Shown: positions 46,634 through 57,584, counted from the stretch's first letter. The stretch: 64,000 bases of DNA from Nitrospinales bacterium (GCA_965223345.1 CBDCWG010000012.1:1088001-1152000), one strand, 5' to 3'. A program made the numbers and translations. Notes: generated from the letters alone by a model not told the origin.

Positions 46634-46715
46634 GGGCCAAAAAACAGAGAACATTTCAGGAGAAAAGGCTCCATAATCATGGGGATCACAGAACCAAACC
46701 GAGAGGAGAAAGGCA

Positions 46716-47894
46716 ATGGGAATGAGGGGTAAAACGATCTTATTGTTGGCATTCGTGAGCTGGGTCGTGCCGGGAACGGTGGCGGCGCAGATGTCGCAAA
46801 GCGAGTTGCGCCTGACCGCACTGGAGGAGCGGTTCGAGGCACAGCAGAAAAAGTTCAAGTGGCTGGAAAACTTCACACCCAAGGCGGATCTGAGACTGCG
46901 GCACGAGAGTCTGTTCCGCGAGGGCGACAACACCGCAAGCGCCAGCCGGAAATTCGACCGGCACCGGCAGCGGATCCGCTTTCGAATCGGCGGCAAGTAC
47001 CACTTCACCAAAAACATTCACGTGGGATTCCGTCTGGTGACGGGCGGAGACGATCCGGTCTCGACCAACCAGACGCTCGACAACACGTTCTCCACCAAGG
47101 GGTTCAACTTCGACCGCGGTTACGCCACCGGCAAATTCGGTTTCGGCGCTGTGGACCTCAAATTGACGGGCGGTAAATTCGCCAACCCCTTCGTGTGGTC
47201 GGAACTGCTGTGGGACGGCGACCTCAGCTTCGAGGGCGCGGCGGAGGAGTTGTCCACCAAATTCGGCAACACCAAGCTCAGCCTCATCCTCGGACAGTTC
47301 GTGGTCGAAGAAAACTCAGGCGGCAACGACGATCCGAACCTGATGGCGTATCAGGGGGTGATCGAGCAGAAGTTCGGCATGGGCAAGGCCAAGATCGGCA
47401 TCGGTTATTTCGATTACAACGCGCTCGCCGGCAACGCGGTGACCAACCCCCAGAAGGGCAACACGCTGGATGCGGCCGGGAACTTTGTGACGAATTATGA
47501 TATTTTCAACGTGATCGGGGAGGTCGGCCTCAAAACCGCGATCCCCGTCAAGCTGTTCGCGGAATACGCCACCAACACTGCCGGGCGGGCGGACAACCTG
47601 GAAAACGACGCCTGGCAGATCGGTGCCAAAGTCGGACATAAAATCAAGGACTTCGGCGACTGGCAGGTCAAGTACCTCTACCGGGAAACCGAGCGCGACG
47701 CGGTGCTGGATGCGTTCAACGACTCCGATTTTCATGAAGGCGGCACCAACTCCAAGGGCAGCGAGTTCGGTTTGAAGGTAGGGCTGCACAAGGGGATTTT
47801 GGCGAGCGTGTCCTACTTCATCACCGAAGAGATCACCGGCGGTAAGGACGATCTGGACCGCCTGCAGGTCGATCTGGTCTTCAAGCTGTTTTGA
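46716..47894 (+). CDS. Putative outer-membrane porin (Porin_5-like)
   Basis: Signal peptide; DLRLRHE, R.RIRFR, DPVSTNQTL, LLWDGD, DSDF..GGTNSKG; C-terminal LQVDLVFKLF. Confidence 0.82.
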   Translation: MGMRGKTILLLAFVSWVVPGTVAAQMSQSELRLTALEERFEAQQKKFKWLENFTPKADLRLRHESLFREGDNTASASRKFDRHRQRIRFRIGGKYHFTKNIHVGFRLVTGGDDPVSTNQTLDNTFSTKGFNFDRGYATGKFGFGAVDLKLTGGKFANPFVWSELLWDGDLSFEGAAEELSTKFGNTKLSLILGQFVVEENSGGNDDPNLMAYQGVIEQKFGMGKAKIGIGYFDYNALAGNAVTNPQKGNTLDAAGNFVTNYDIFNVIGEVGLKTAIPVKLFAEYATNTAGRADNLENDAWQIGAKVGHKIKDFGDWQVKYLYRETERDAVLDAFNDSDFHEGGTNSKGSEFGLKVGLHKGILASVSYFITEEITGGKDDLDRLQVDLVFKLF

Positions 47895-47932
47895 CGCAAT
47901 CGGTTCCTCGCATGAGGAACGATTACCCTGGC

Positions 47933-47962
47933 CCGGAGACGCCGGGGGATCGGCGTCTCCGG
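47933..47962. repeat. Perfect 12-bp hairpin between porin and pstS
   Basis: CCGGAGACGCCG-N6-CGGCGTCTCCGG; no U-tract. Confidence 0.75.
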
Positions 47963-48000
47963 CTCCTCCTCTCGATAGGGATTGAATCGATCCTAATCCA

Positions 48001-48052
48001 ATAACAAATTCTATTCAGACCTAATCAAGATCTAACACGGTCTGTGTAAAAG
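48001..48052 (+). promoter_or_regulatory. Pho-box-like tandem repeats upstream of pstS
   Basis: ATAAC(48001)-CTATT(48011)-CTAAT(48021)-CTAAC(48032); same order as upstream of the porin. Confidence 0.65.
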
Positions 48053-48085
48053 GATTAAAAATAACGTGCTGATAAGGAGCAAACC

Positions 48086-49081
48086 ATGTTAAAACAATGC
48101 GGCAAGACCCTCGTGTGTTTCTCCCTGCTGATGCTCTTCACGACGGCTCAGGCAGGAGCCGAAGCGATCAAAGTGGATCCCAACCTCTCCCCCTACGCCA
48201 AGGTCGGCGGCGTGAGCGGCAACCTTTCGAGTGTGGGATCCGACACGCTCAACAACCTCATGACGTTTTGGACGGAGAAATTCAAGGAGTTCTACCCGAA
48301 CGTCAACATCCAGGTGGAAGGCAAAGGTTCCTCCACCGCTCCGCCGGCGCTGATTTCCGCGACGGCGCAGTTGGGTCCCATGTCCCGGGCCATGAAAGGC
48401 AAGGAGCTGGATGCGTTCGAGAAAAAATTCGGTTACAAACCGACGCCGGTGCGCGTCGCCGTCGATGCGCTGGCGGTTTTCGTCAACAAGGACAATCCGA
48501 TAAAAGGCATGAACCTCAAGCAGGTGGATGCGCTGTTTTCCAAATCCGCCCGCCGCGGCCACAAGGACATCGAAACCTGGGGCGACCTGGGGCTGACCGG
48601 CGACTGGGCCAAGCGGCCGGTGAGCCTGTACGGCCGCAACTCCGCTTCCGGAACCTACGGATTTTTCAAAAAACGGGTGCTGAAAAAAGGCGACTACAAA
48701 GATGAAGTGAAAGAGCAGCCCGGTTCCGCTTCGGTGGTGCAGAGCATCAGCGTCGATCGTTTCGCGGCGGGTTACAGCGGCATCGGTTACCGCACCGCCA
48801 GCGTGCGCGCGCTGCCGCTGTCGGAAAAAGGTACGCAGTACGTCGCAGCGAACGCGGAAAATGCCCTTGCGGGCGACTACCCGCTGGCGCGCTTTCTCTA
48901 CATCTACGTCAACAAGGCTCCCGGAAAACCGCTCGATCCCCTGACCCAGGAGTTCCTCAAAATGATCCTTTCCAAAGAAGGACAGGAAGTGGTGGTCAAG
49001 GGAGGGTATTTCCCGATCGCCGATGCGATCGCCAAGGAGGACATCGCCATGCTCACCGGCGCCTCCAAGATGACCAATTAA
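48086..49081 (+). CDS. pstS: Phosphate ABC transporter substrate-binding protein
   Basis: [31 protein letters not shown] and YPLARFLY motifs. Confidence 0.95.
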   Translation: MLKQCGKTLVCFSLLMLFTTAQAGAEAIKVDPNLSPYAKVGGVSGNLSSVGSDTLNNLMTFWTEKFKEFYPNVNIQVEGKGSSTAPPALISATAQLGPMSRAMKGKELDAFEKKFGYKPTPVRVAVDALAVFVNKDNPIKGMNLKQVDALFSKSARRGHKDIETWGDLGLTGDWAKRPVSLYGRNSASGTYGFFKKRVLKKGDYKDEVKEQPGSASVVQSISVDRFAAGYSGIGYRTASVRALPLSEKGTQYVAANAENALAGDYPLARFLYIYVNKAPGKPLDPLTQEFLKMILSKEGQEVVVKGGYFPIADAIAKEDIAMLTGASKMTN

Positions 49082-49084
49082 ACC

Positions 49085-51358
49085 ATGTCTTCGCAATCCA
49101 CCAGCCAAAACCCCGATCTTCCGTCTCCACAGGCGGAGGATCGGGGGTTGTTCACCGCCGCCAATCTGAAGCGCCGTCTTTTCCTGGATCGTCTGGCGAC
49201 CAAGGGCGTGACGCTGGGCGGGTGGATCATCATCGCGTGCATCCTCGCCATTCTGTTCGTCATCGTCTTCGAGTTTTTCCCCCTTTTCAAAAATCCCACC
49301 TCTTCGCTGGATAAAACCGTTGCCACCGGAAAAGACACCCCGGCGCTGGCTGTGGGCATGGACGAGTACCGGGAAGTGGCTTACCGGGTGGATGTGTCGG
49401 GCATCGGGTTTCATTCCCTGGTGTCCGAGAAAATGTTTGCGGATTTTCCCCTAGAGGGGTTGGGCAACGCGCAGGTGACGGCGGTGTCCACGGATGCGGA
49501 GGGCCGCATCGTGCTCGGGCTTTCGGACGGGCGGGTGTTGCCGGTCGCGGTCCACTTTGAAAGCCGGTTCGAAGGGGACGTGCGAACCATCGTGCCATCC
49601 CTCAAGGCCGAGCAGGCCGTGCTGGTGCGGGAAGATGCGGAACCGGTCACCCTGCTGACGCATGTCGAGGGGGAGGAGGGTTCTTACATCGCCGCGGCGA
49701 CGGGGCCCGCGAACGTCACCCTCGTGGAAAAAATCGAAAAGACGAATCTGATGGGGGTGACAAAAAGAAAAACCGTCACGCACCACCTGGCTTTTCCCGT
49801 GGTGAAGGGGGCGATCTCGGCGATGATCCTCGATCCCGTCGAGAGCGCGCTCATCGTCGGCACCACGTCCGGGCAGATCCTTCGAGCGTCGCTCGCGGAT
49901 CTGGATTCAGAACTGAAAGTCGAGGTGGTGGGCGCCACTCAGGACCCCGGTGTGGGGGTGTCGCTGTTCGGCTATCTGCTGGGCGGCTACACGCTGGTGA
50001 TCGGTGACTCTACGGGAGGGGTCGCTTCGTATCAATGGTACCGGCGCGATGACGGCAACAAGGGATTGCGGAAAATTTACGACTTCACGCCGCACGCCGA
50101 AAACGCGGCGTATTTTGAAAAATCGCTGCGCACCAAGGGATTCATCTCCGGCTCGCAAAAAGAGATCAACGTGCACTACGGGTCCACCGGAGAGACCCAG
50201 CTCAACCTGACTCATCCGGACAACATTCCGTTTCAGGCTTTCTCCATGTCGCGCAAGGCCAACGGCGTGATCGCGGCGGACGCGCAGGGCGACCTGCTGC
50301 TCTGGACCCTGAACAATCCGTACCCGCAGATCACGCTCAAGTCGGTGTTCGGCAAGATCCAGTACGAAGGGTACGACGAACCCGCCTATGTCTGGCAGTC
50401 CACCGGCGGCACCGACGCGTTCGAATCCAAATTCAGCCTGGTGCCCCTGATCTTCGGCACCCTCAAGGGAACGTTCTACGCCTTGCTGTTCGCGGTTCCG
50501 CTGGCGCTTCTGGGAGCGTTTTACACCTCGCAGTTCATGCATCCCCGGCTCAAGGGGATCGTCAAGCCCACGATCGAGCTCATGGCGGCGCTGCCCAGCG
50601 TGGTGCTGGGATTTTTCGCGGCGCTGCTCATCGCACCCGAGGTCGAACGCTGGCTTCCGGGGATCATCCTCATGCCTTTCGTGATCGTGTTTCTGGTTCT
50701 GGTGACGCTGTTGATCTACGAAGGCTGGGATAAATTGTACGGCAAGGTTCCCACAGGCATGGAGATCTCCTTTCTCATTCCGCTCACGCTCTTTGCCGGC
50801 CTGCTTTCGTTTTATCTCGGGCATGTGGTTGAAGTTCAGTTCCTGTTCGGGGATCACCGGTCCTTCTGGCACGAGGTGTTCGGCATCACCTACGATCAGC
50901 GCAACGCGCTGGTGGTTGGCCTGGCGATGGGCTTTGCGGTCATCCCGATGATTTTCACGATCACCGAGGATTCGCTGTCCAACGTGCCGGAGCACCTCCG
51001 GGCTTCGTCTCTGGCGTTGGGGGCCACACCGTGGCAGACGGCGATCCAGGTCATCCTGCCGACGGCGAGTCCGGGCATCTTCTCGGCGATCATGATCGGT
51101 TTCGGCCGCGCGGTCGGTGAGACCATGATCGTGCTCATGGCCACCGGCAACACGCCGGTGATGGAGTGGAGCGTGTTCAACGGGTTCCGTGCGTTGTCGG
51201 CCAACATCGCGGTCGAGCTGCCCGAAGCGCCGGAAGGCGGAACGCTGTTCCGGCTGCTCTTTCTCGCGGCGTTTTTGCTGTTCGTCATGACGTTTTTCAT
51301 CAACACGGTGGCGGAGGTCGTGCGCCTGCGTCTCAGAAAGAGGTACCGGGTGTTATGA
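49085..51358 (+). CDS. pstC: Phosphate ABC permease, long form with a large extracytoplasmic insert
   Basis: KPTIELMAALPSVVLG and GRAVGETMIVLMATGN motifs; ~400-aa soluble insert. Confidence 0.92.
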   Translation: MSSQSTSQNPDLPSPQAEDRGLFTAANLKRRLFLDRLATKGVTLGGWIIIACILAILFVIVFEFFPLFKNPTSSLDKTVATGKDTPALAVGMDEYREVAYRVDVSGIGFHSLVSEKMFADFPLEGLGNAQVTAVSTDAEGRIVLGLSDGRVLPVAVHFESRFEGDVRTIVPSLKAEQAVLVREDAEPVTLLTHVEGEEGSYIAAATGPANVTLVEKIEKTNLMGVTKRKTVTHHLAFPVVKGAISAMILDPVESALIVGTTSGQILRASLADLDSELKVEVVGATQDPGVGVSLFGYLLGGYTLVIGDSTGGVASYQWYRRDDGNKGLRKIYDFTPHAENAAYFEKSLRTKGFISGSQKEINVHYGSTGETQLNLTHPDNIPFQAFSMSRKANGVIAADAQGDLLLWTLNNPYPQITLKSVFGKIQYEGYDEPAYVWQSTGGTDAFESKFSLVPLIFGTLKGTFYALLFAVPLALLGAFYTSQFMHPRLKGIVKPTIELMAALPSVVLGFFAALLIAPEVERWLPGIILMPFVIVFLVLVTLLIYEGWDKLYGKVPTGMEISFLIPLTLFAGLLSFYLGHVVEVQFLFGDHRSFWHEVFGITYDQRNALVVGLAMGFAVIPMIFTITEDSLSNVPEHLRASSLALGATPWQTAIQVILPTASPGIFSAIMIGFGRAVGETMIVLMATGNTPVMEWSVFNGFRALSANIAVELPEAPEGGTLFRLLFLAAFLLFVMTFFINTVAEVVRLRLRKRYRVL

Positions 51359-52983
51359 AGGGTCATCTGCAGGGAGTCTGGAGAAGGGGGGATTTTTTCA
51401 TCTGGCTTTCCGGGGCCGGGCTCGCCCTTTCCCTCATCATGGTCGCCGCTCTGCTGCTCGCCATTTTTGTCAATGCGACGCAGTTTTTCTGGCCCGGTGA
51501 AACCGTCAGCATTTTTATGAACGACGGGACCAAGGTGCTGGGGCAGGTGACGGCGCGGGAATCGATCCCCAATCCCGAAGATCCGGAAGCGCCGCTCAAG
51601 TACCGCATTCAGGTGAAAAAGGGCAACCGGGATGTGTACGGATTCGACTTTGCCTGGTTGGATGAGGACAACATCAAATCGATGGTGCGCTCCAAAAACG
51701 CCGTGATCGTGGAGCGGCGGGAATGGGGCGAGTTCTACGGCACGATCCAGGAAGTGAAGGACGAGGGCCGTGCCATCGCCGCAGGCCACGAAGCGGGTTT
51801 GCGGGCGGTGCAGGAACTCCTGCCTGAAGCGAGAGCGACGTACAGGAAAATCAAAAAGATCGAACGCAAGGACATCGGTAAGGTCAACCATTACCTGGAA
51901 CAAAACCGGCTGGAACTGAAGGCGCTGGATCTGCAAGGGGTGACCGGCGGGAAACAAATTGCGAAGCTCAAAGAGCAAGAGCAGAAGCTCAAAGACGAAT
52001 ACAAGGTGCTGGAAAAGGACCTGACCCGGTTGCGGCAGGACCAGACCGTCGAGGTGCGGATGACCACCGAGGAGGGTCGGGAGAAAGTCATCCCGCTGGC
52101 CAAAATCATCCGGGTGTATTCGCCCAACGATTTCGGCCTGTTCGACAAAATCGGTTTTTTCCTCGCCAAGATCTGGGAGTTTGTGGTCGAGGAACCGCGG
52201 GAAGCCAACACCGAAGGCGGAGTGTTTCCGGCGATCTACGGCACCGTCATGATGGTCCTGATCATGAGCATGATGGCCACGCCCCTGGGCGTGATCGCGG
52301 CGTTTTACCTGCGCGAATACGCCCGCCAGGGGCCGATGGTCAGTGCGGTGCGGATTGCGGTGAACAATCTGGCGGGCGTTCCCTCGATCGTGTTCGGTGT
52401 GTTCGGCGTCGGGTTCTTCATTTATTTTATCGGCGGCTCGATCGACAACTTCTTTTTCTCCGAATCGCTGCCGACGCCCACCTTCGGGACCGGGGGCATC
52501 CTCTGGGCCTCGCTGACCATGGCGCTTCTGACGGTTCCCGTCGTCATCGTGTCCACCGAAGAGGGGCTGGCTTCGGTTCCGCCGGGTATCCGGGAAGCTT
52601 CTTTAGCGGTCGGCGCCACGAAATTCGAGACCACCTGGCGGGTCGTGCTGCCTGCGGTGATGCCTTCCATCCTGACGGGCCTGATCCTGGCCATGGCACG
52701 GGCGGCGGGGGAGGTGGCGCCTCTGATGATCACGGGGGTGGTGAAGCTCGCTCCCTCCCTGCCTGTGGACGGGATTTTCCCGTTCATCCACCTGGAGCGC
52801 AAATTCATGCATCTGGGGTTTCACATCTATGATGTGGGCTTCCAGTCGCCCAATGTGGACGCGGCGCGGCCCATGGTGTTCACCACCACCTTGTTGTTGA
52901 TCGTGATCGTTCTGCTGCTGAATTTTTCCGCTATTCTGCTGCGGAATCGTTTGAGAAGAAAATTGTCCGTTTCAGGGGTATAA
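51355..52983 (+). CDS. pstA: Phosphate ABC permease, long form
   Basis: ATGA overlap; [27 protein letters not shown] and [10 protein letters not shown] motifs. Confidence 0.93.
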   Translation: MKGHLQGVWRRGDFFIWLSGAGLALSLIMVAALLLAIFVNATQFFWPGETVSIFMNDGTKVLGQVTARESIPNPEDPEAPLKYRIQVKKGNRDVYGFDFAWLDEDNIKSMVRSKNAVIVERREWGEFYGTIQEVKDEGRAIAAGHEAGLRAVQELLPEARATYRKIKKIERKDIGKVNHYLEQNRLELKALDLQGVTGGKQIAKLKEQEQKLKDEYKVLEKDLTRLRQDQTVEVRMTTEEGREKVIPLAKIIRVYSPNDFGLFDKIGFFLAKIWEFVVEEPREANTEGGVFPAIYGTVMMVLIMSMMATPLGVIAAFYLREYARQGPMVSAVRIAVNNLAGVPSIVFGVFGVGFFIYFIGGSIDNFFFSESLPTPTFGTGGILWASLTMALLTVPVVIVSTEEGLASVPPGIREASLAVGATKFETTWRVVLPAVMPSILTGLILAMARAAGEVAPLMITGVVKLAPSLPVDGIFPFIHLERKFMHLGFHIYDVGFQSPNVDAARPMVFTTTLLLIVIVLLLNFSAILLRNRLRRKLSVSGV

Positions 52984-52999
52984 TAGGGGGACGCTTTTA

Positions 53000-53872
53000 A
53001 TGGCGGAAATCAAACTGAAAACCCAGATGACCGATACCAAGAGAAATCCAGCTGAAATCGTTTCTCCGCCGCAAATGGAAGAAACCGCGAAAACTTCGAA
53101 AACGTCTTCGGATCTGGCGAACCCGATGGTGGAAATCGACAATGTCAATTTCTTCTATGGGGACAAGCAGGCTCTAAAGGACATTTCCATGGTGATCCCG
53201 AAAAACCGGGTCACCGCCTACATCGGTCCCTCGGGCTGCGGCAAATCGACGCTGCTGCGCTGCATCAACCGCATGAACGACCTGGTGGAAGGGGCCCGCA
53301 TGGAGGGCGTCATCCGCATCGGCGGTGTGGATCTCAGCACGATGGGCCAGGATGTCAGCGTGCTGCGGAAACGGGTGGGCATGGTGTTCCAGAAATTCAA
53401 CCCGTTTCCCAAGACCATCTTTGAAAACGTGGCCTACGGACCCAAAGTGCACGGGCTGAAAGACAAAGGCAAACTGGATGACATCGTCGAGCGGAGCCTG
53501 AAATCCACGGCCCTGTGGGATGAGGTCAAGGACCGCCTGCACGAAAGCGCGCTCGCCCTGTCCGGCGGGCAGCAGCAGCGCCTCTGTATCGCGCGCGCGA
53601 TCGCGGTGGAACCGGAAGTGCTGTTGATGGACGAACCCTGTTCGGCGCTCGATCCGCTGGCGACAGGCAGGATCGAGGAGTTGATGGTGGGTCTCAAGGA
53701 AAAATACACGATCGTCATCGTCACCCACAACATGCAGCAGGCGGCGCGCATCGCCGACTACACCGGGTTTCTGCTGCTTGGCGAGTTGATGGAATTCGGT
53801 CCCACGGACCGGTTGTTCACCAAACCCGACAAAAAAGAGACCGAGGATTACATCACCGGACGTTTCGGTTGA
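53000..53872 (+). CDS. pstB: Phosphate ABC ATPase
   Basis: [22 protein letters not shown] and EDYITGRFG motifs. Confidence 0.97.
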   Translation: MAEIKLKTQMTDTKRNPAEIVSPPQMEETAKTSKTSSDLANPMVEIDNVNFFYGDKQALKDISMVIPKNRVTAYIGPSGCGKSTLLRCINRMNDLVEGARMEGVIRIGGVDLSTMGQDVSVLRKRVGMVFQKFNPFPKTIFENVAYGPKVHGLKDKGKLDDIVERSLKSTALWDEVKDRLHESALALSGGQQQRLCIARAIAVEPEVLLMDEPCSALDPLATGRIEELMVGLKEKYTIVIVTHNMQQAARIADYTGFLLLGELMEFGPTDRLFTKPDKKETEDYITGRFG

Positions 53873-53887
53873 TCAGGAGAGATCAGG

Positions 53888-54589
53888 ATGGCACGGCACC
53901 CCAGGCATCTGGAACGAGAGATCGAAAAACTGAAAAACATGATCCTTTCATTGGGAACGCTGGTGGAAGAGAGCGTGAAAAAGGCCGTCATGTCTCTGAC
54001 CATGCGAAACTCGTCGGTGGCGCTCAAGGTGATCGACGGGGACACCGACATCGACCAGATCGAAGTGGACGTCGAAGAAGAATGCCTGAAAATTCTGGCC
54101 CTGCACCAGCCGGTGGCCAACGATCTGCGCCTGATCATCGCCATCCTCAAGATCAACAACGATCTGGAGCGGATCGGCGATCTCGCCGTGAACATCGCCG
54201 AGCGGGCGGTGTATCTTGCGACCCAGGAATCGGTGGAGCTTCCTTTCGACTTCAACAACATGGCGCAGAAAGCCCAGGCCATGCTCAAAGGCAGTCTGGA
54301 CGCGCTCGTGGAGGGCGACACGCTGCTCGCGCGCAAAGTCTGCTCTTCCGACGACGCCGTGGATGCGATGAACCGGGAAATGTATCAACTGGTGGAAAAA
54401 GCCATTTCCAACGATCCCAAGAACATCAACAGCCTGATCCACCTTCTCTCCGCTTCCCGCTACCTGGAGCGCGTTGCCGACCACGCGACGAACATCGCCG
54501 AAGACGTGATCTACATGGTGGAAGGGGAAATTGTGCGGCACATCGCGAGCCTGCCCGATAACTCGAGTTCCTCCTCCGACACGGAATAG
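53888..54589 (+). CDS. phoU: Phosphate signalling protein PhoU
   Basis: QPVANDLR, DLERIGDLAVNIAE and LERVADHATNIAE motifs. Confidence 0.96.
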   Translation: MARHPRHLEREIEKLKNMILSLGTLVEESVKKAVMSLTMRNSSVALKVIDGDTDIDQIEVDVEEECLKILALHQPVANDLRLIIAILKINNDLERIGDLAVNIAERAVYLATQESVELPFDFNNMAQKAQAMLKGSLDALVEGDTLLARKVCSSDDAVDAMNREMYQLVEKAISNDPKNINSLIHLLSASRYLERVADHATNIAEDVIYMVEGEIVRHIASLPDNSSSSSDTE

Positions 54590-54726
54590 CATTCCCGCAG
54601 CGCTTTCCCGTTTTTTCGGCCCGCCGTATTTTGATAGAATGATCCCGCAAGAGCGTGCCGCTCGCCATCCATCCACGATCCATTTTATTCATCCCATCAC
54701 ATGACATTCAAAGGAGGGGAAGGCTT

Positions 54727-55104
54727 ATGAGAAAGACGGGGATTTGGGCCGCAACATCGATGTTCACCCTTTGCAGCCTGCTTTTGTTTCTGGGAGGCAC
54801 CGCGAACGCCCTGGACGGGCTCGAGGACCTGGATTCCGCCCCTCTCCAGTCACGGATTTCCAACCCGCTGTTCGATCTGGCGCAAAACGGCGGGGACCGC
54901 AAGGCCTGTCATCAGGAAGGCTCGCTCGAGCAATGCGCCGGCTGCTGCCGCGCCGCCAGAGACACGTGCGTCTCCCTGGTGATTCCCATGTGCCATCAGG
55001 ACGACCCCAATCGCTCCGAGTTCAGGCACTGCACCAAGGATCGGGAGCGGCGCTGCCAGACCGATTTCGACAACTGCGCCTGGTTGTGCCGCAAGACGAA
55101 GTGA
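54727..55104 (+). CDS. Small secreted Cys-rich protein
   Basis: GGAGGGG RBS region; signal peptide to ANA; 10 Cys in the last ~65 aa. Confidence 0.65.
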   Translation: MRKTGIWAATSMFTLCSLLLFLGGTANALDGLEDLDSAPLQSRISNPLFDLAQNGGDRKACHQEGSLEQCAGCCRAARDTCVSLVIPMCHQDDPNRSEFRHCTKDRERRCQTDFDNCAWLCRKTK

Positions 55105-55119
55105 CGGGTTGTCCGGCCT

Positions 55120-55740
55120 TCACTTCTCGTCGCGGACGGGCCGCACGCCTCCGTTGGCGCACATGCTGAACCGGCGTGCGTGCACCATCCCTTTGACGAA
55201 ATAAAACGACCGGGCACAGCAATCGGTCAGATCCGTTTCCTCGAAATCCGCAGACCAGGACCAGTAGGCGGCGCCGTCGGCGAATTTTTCATCGAGTCCC
55301 AGCGGTTGATCGGGATCGTGATCCAGGGAGATGACACTCTCCTTCGTGTCGTCGTAGATGCCGGCGAGTTCCTTCAACGTCGGCAATCTCCAGTCGGTGT
55401 GCCCGCCCACCTTGAGTTCCCGGACATAGTCATTGGATTCATGCCAGTTGAGGCAGCGGTTCAGATCCGCATAACTGTCCTTTTGCGCCCACATCAGGCC
55501 GGAATCGGGATCGCTGATGGTGCCGTCGCCGTTGTCGATGAGGTGCAGCCGGGACTCGGGCGGCGGCGGGGCAACGTAGGGAGGCGCTTCGTAGCCGTCT
55601 TTCGGCCCGATGTCCTGCCATTGTGCGTGCGCTATGGGCGCTGTGAACAGGCCGAGCAGGATGAAGAGGACGGGCAGGCCGGTCCGCGCGCAGCGGAATG
55701 CGATCTTTTGCGATACGGGTATTTTGTGTTTGCAGCTCAT
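55120..55740 (-). CDS. DUF1566 (Lcl C-terminal) domain protein
   Basis: DNGDGTISDPDSGLMW, GHTDWRLPTLKEL and VRPVR motifs; ATGA overlap with the msrP stop. Confidence 0.85.
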   Translation of the reverse strand: MSCKHKIPVSQKIAFRCARTGLPVLFILLGLFTAPIAHAQWQDIGPKDGYEAPPYVAPPPPESRLHLIDNGDGTISDPDSGLMWAQKDSYADLNRCLNWHESNDYVRELKVGGHTDWRLPTLKELAGIYDDTKESVISLDHDPDQPLGLDEKFADGAAYWSWSADFEETDLTDCCARSFYFVKGMVHARRFSMCANGGVRPVRDEK

Positions 55741-56663
55741 GGGTACAGGTGCGCGACTTCGGCCGCGTAGCCGTTGAAGGGTTGGGTCGGGATCAGTTCT
55801 TCGCCGCGGCCGGGCATCCGTTCGTACGCCTGCTCCCAGCGGGCGTAAGGCACTTCCGGCCGCACGTTGGCGAGAAAATCGTATTCCAGGGGCGAAACGC
55901 TCTGCCAAAACGTGTCGGGTTCCTCGCGCGTGAATTCGATGCGGGCGATGGACTTGATGCTCTTGAAACCGTGCTTCCAGGGCACCACCAGCCGCAGCGG
56001 CGCGCCGTTCTGCGGCGGCAGCGCGTGCCCGTAGATCCCGGTGGCGATGAAGCTCAACGGGTGCATCGCCTCATCGAGCCGCAGCCCTTCGGTGTACGGC
56101 CAGGGTTCCCAGAACCGCCGTTTCTGTCCCGCCGCAATGTTGGGATTCAAAAACGTGGTGAACTTGACGTAGCGCGCCGACGACAACGGTTGCAGTTTCT
56201 CGATCCAGCGGCGCAGAGGAAACCCGGTCCAGGGGATCACCAGCGCCCAGGCCTCAACGCAGCGCAGCCGGTAGATCCGCTCCTCAAGCTCCATGCTGCG
56301 GATCAGCGACTGAGCGTCGATGACGCGCGGTTTTTTCACGAGTCCCGCGATCTCGATTTTCCACTCGCCGGTTTGCAGCGCCTGAGCCTGTTTCCAGATT
56401 GCGTCCTTGACGGTGCCGAACTCGTAAAAATTGTTGTAGCGGGTGACGATGGATTCGGGGGACAGGTATTGGGAATCGCCGGTGCTCTCCTGCCCCCACA
56501 GACGGCCGATTCCCGGAACCGACGGCGCGAGCAGAAACAGCGCTGCGCCCATGCTCACGGTCGAGATCTGGCGCAGGAATTTGCGGCGTTCCCGGTGCAG
56601 CGCTTCCGGTGTGACGTCGCGCTCCGGAAGTTCCCAGGATTTTCGAATGCGAATCCGATGCAT
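55737..56663 (-). CDS. msrP: Protein-methionine-sulfoxide reductase catalytic subunit
   Basis: RRKFLR Tat motif; YNNFYEFG, ERIYRLRCVEAW, GLRLDEAMHPL, QNGAPLRLVVPWK.GFKSIKSI. Confidence 0.93.
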   Translation of the reverse strand: MHRIRIRKSWELPERDVTPEALHRERRKFLRQISTVSMGAALFLLAPSVPGIGRLWGQESTGDSQYLSPESIVTRYNNFYEFGTVKDAIWKQAQALQTGEWKIEIAGLVKKPRVIDAQSLIRSMELEERIYRLRCVEAWALVIPWTGFPLRRWIEKLQPLSSARYVKFTTFLNPNIAAGQKRRFWEPWPYTEGLRLDEAMHPLSFIATGIYGHALPPQNGAPLRLVVPWKHGFKSIKSIARIEFTREEPDTFWQSVSPLEYDFLANVRPEVPYARWEQAYERMPGRGEELIPTQPFNGYAAEVAHLYP

Positions 56664-56748
56664 GCCGTCCTCTCACCATTCAACGCGATCCGGCGCGTTG
56701 CCGCCGAATCGCCGAAACGATTTTCAATTTACGCGCGGGCCGCAGCGC

Positions 56749-57492
56749 TCATCGAGCGTCGCGCACGCAGCGAAACCCGACTGAATCGAGTTTCATGCCG
56801 GGTTTCAGTGCGAAGCGCATGCCCGCATGGACGTAGTAGGCCGCATTGTACCAGCTGCCGCCGCGCACGCTTTTGCGAAACCCGGATGGCGGGCCCTTCG
56901 GGTTTCGTTTGGGGCTCGCCGCGTAGTAGGTGTCGTCGAACCAATCGTTCACCCACTCCCACACATTGCCGCTCAAATGGCCAGTTCCGTAACCGTACAG
57001 ACCGAGCGCTTCGACGGGCAGCGCTCCGGCCCGCATCGTTTTTGCGAAATGTCCTTTTTCAGGATCGGCCCGGTTCCCGAAACCGTAGTTCCAACCCTGC
57101 GGTCCGCGCGCGGCCTTTTCCCATTCCGCTTCCGTCGGCAGTCGCTTCCCGACCGCGTTGCAATGCGCTTTTGCTTCGAACCAGCTCACGCGCGTCACCG
57201 GGCAGCGGTCGCAGGCGGACTGCGGACTGGGAACGTGATTGGCCATACGGGCGCGGTAGGCTTCGTTGGTGACCTCGTAGCGGTCGATGAAGAACGCATC
57301 CAGAAAAACCGTGTGAACGGGGGCTTCGCTCTGCGTTGCTTCCTGCGTGCCCATCCGGAATTCCCCGGCGGCGATCCGCACTTCATCCGGTTCGTCGGCG
57401 GACACCGCGGGAACGAGCCAGAGGGTCAACGCGAGCAGAATCCCGATCCCCGTGTGAGACCGTCCGTCTCGAATGTGTGGGATAAAACGCAT
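56749..57492 (-). CDS. Secreted FGE/SUMF1-domain protein
   Basis: FFIDRYEVTN, RLPTEAEWEKAARG, GNVWEWV, RGGSW and GFRCV motifs; start 57492 or 57504. Confidence 0.9.
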   Translation of the reverse strand: MRFIPHIRDGRSHTGIGILLALTLWLVPAVSADEPDEVRIAAGEFRMGTQEATQSEAPVHTVFLDAFFIDRYEVTNEAYRARMANHVPSPQSACDRCPVTRVSWFEAKAHCNAVGKRLPTEAEWEKAARGPQGWNYGFGNRADPEKGHFAKTMRAGALPVEALGLYGYGTGHLSGNVWEWVNDWFDDTYYAASPKRNPKGPPSGFRKSVRGGSWYNAAYYVHAGMRFALKPGMKLDSVGFRCVRDAR

Positions 57493-57584
57493 CGTGCGCC
57501 TCAAACCGACTTGTGTGATGAGCCTCGATTATAGAAGGCGGCGGCCCGTTTTTGAAGATGAAATGTTTTCCGCATATCCGCGGT

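Noticed and set aside
49085..52983. Oversized PstC and PstA as novel fusions
   Set aside because: Long-form Pst permeases with periplasmic inserts are already known, for example in Pseudomonas-type pst operons.
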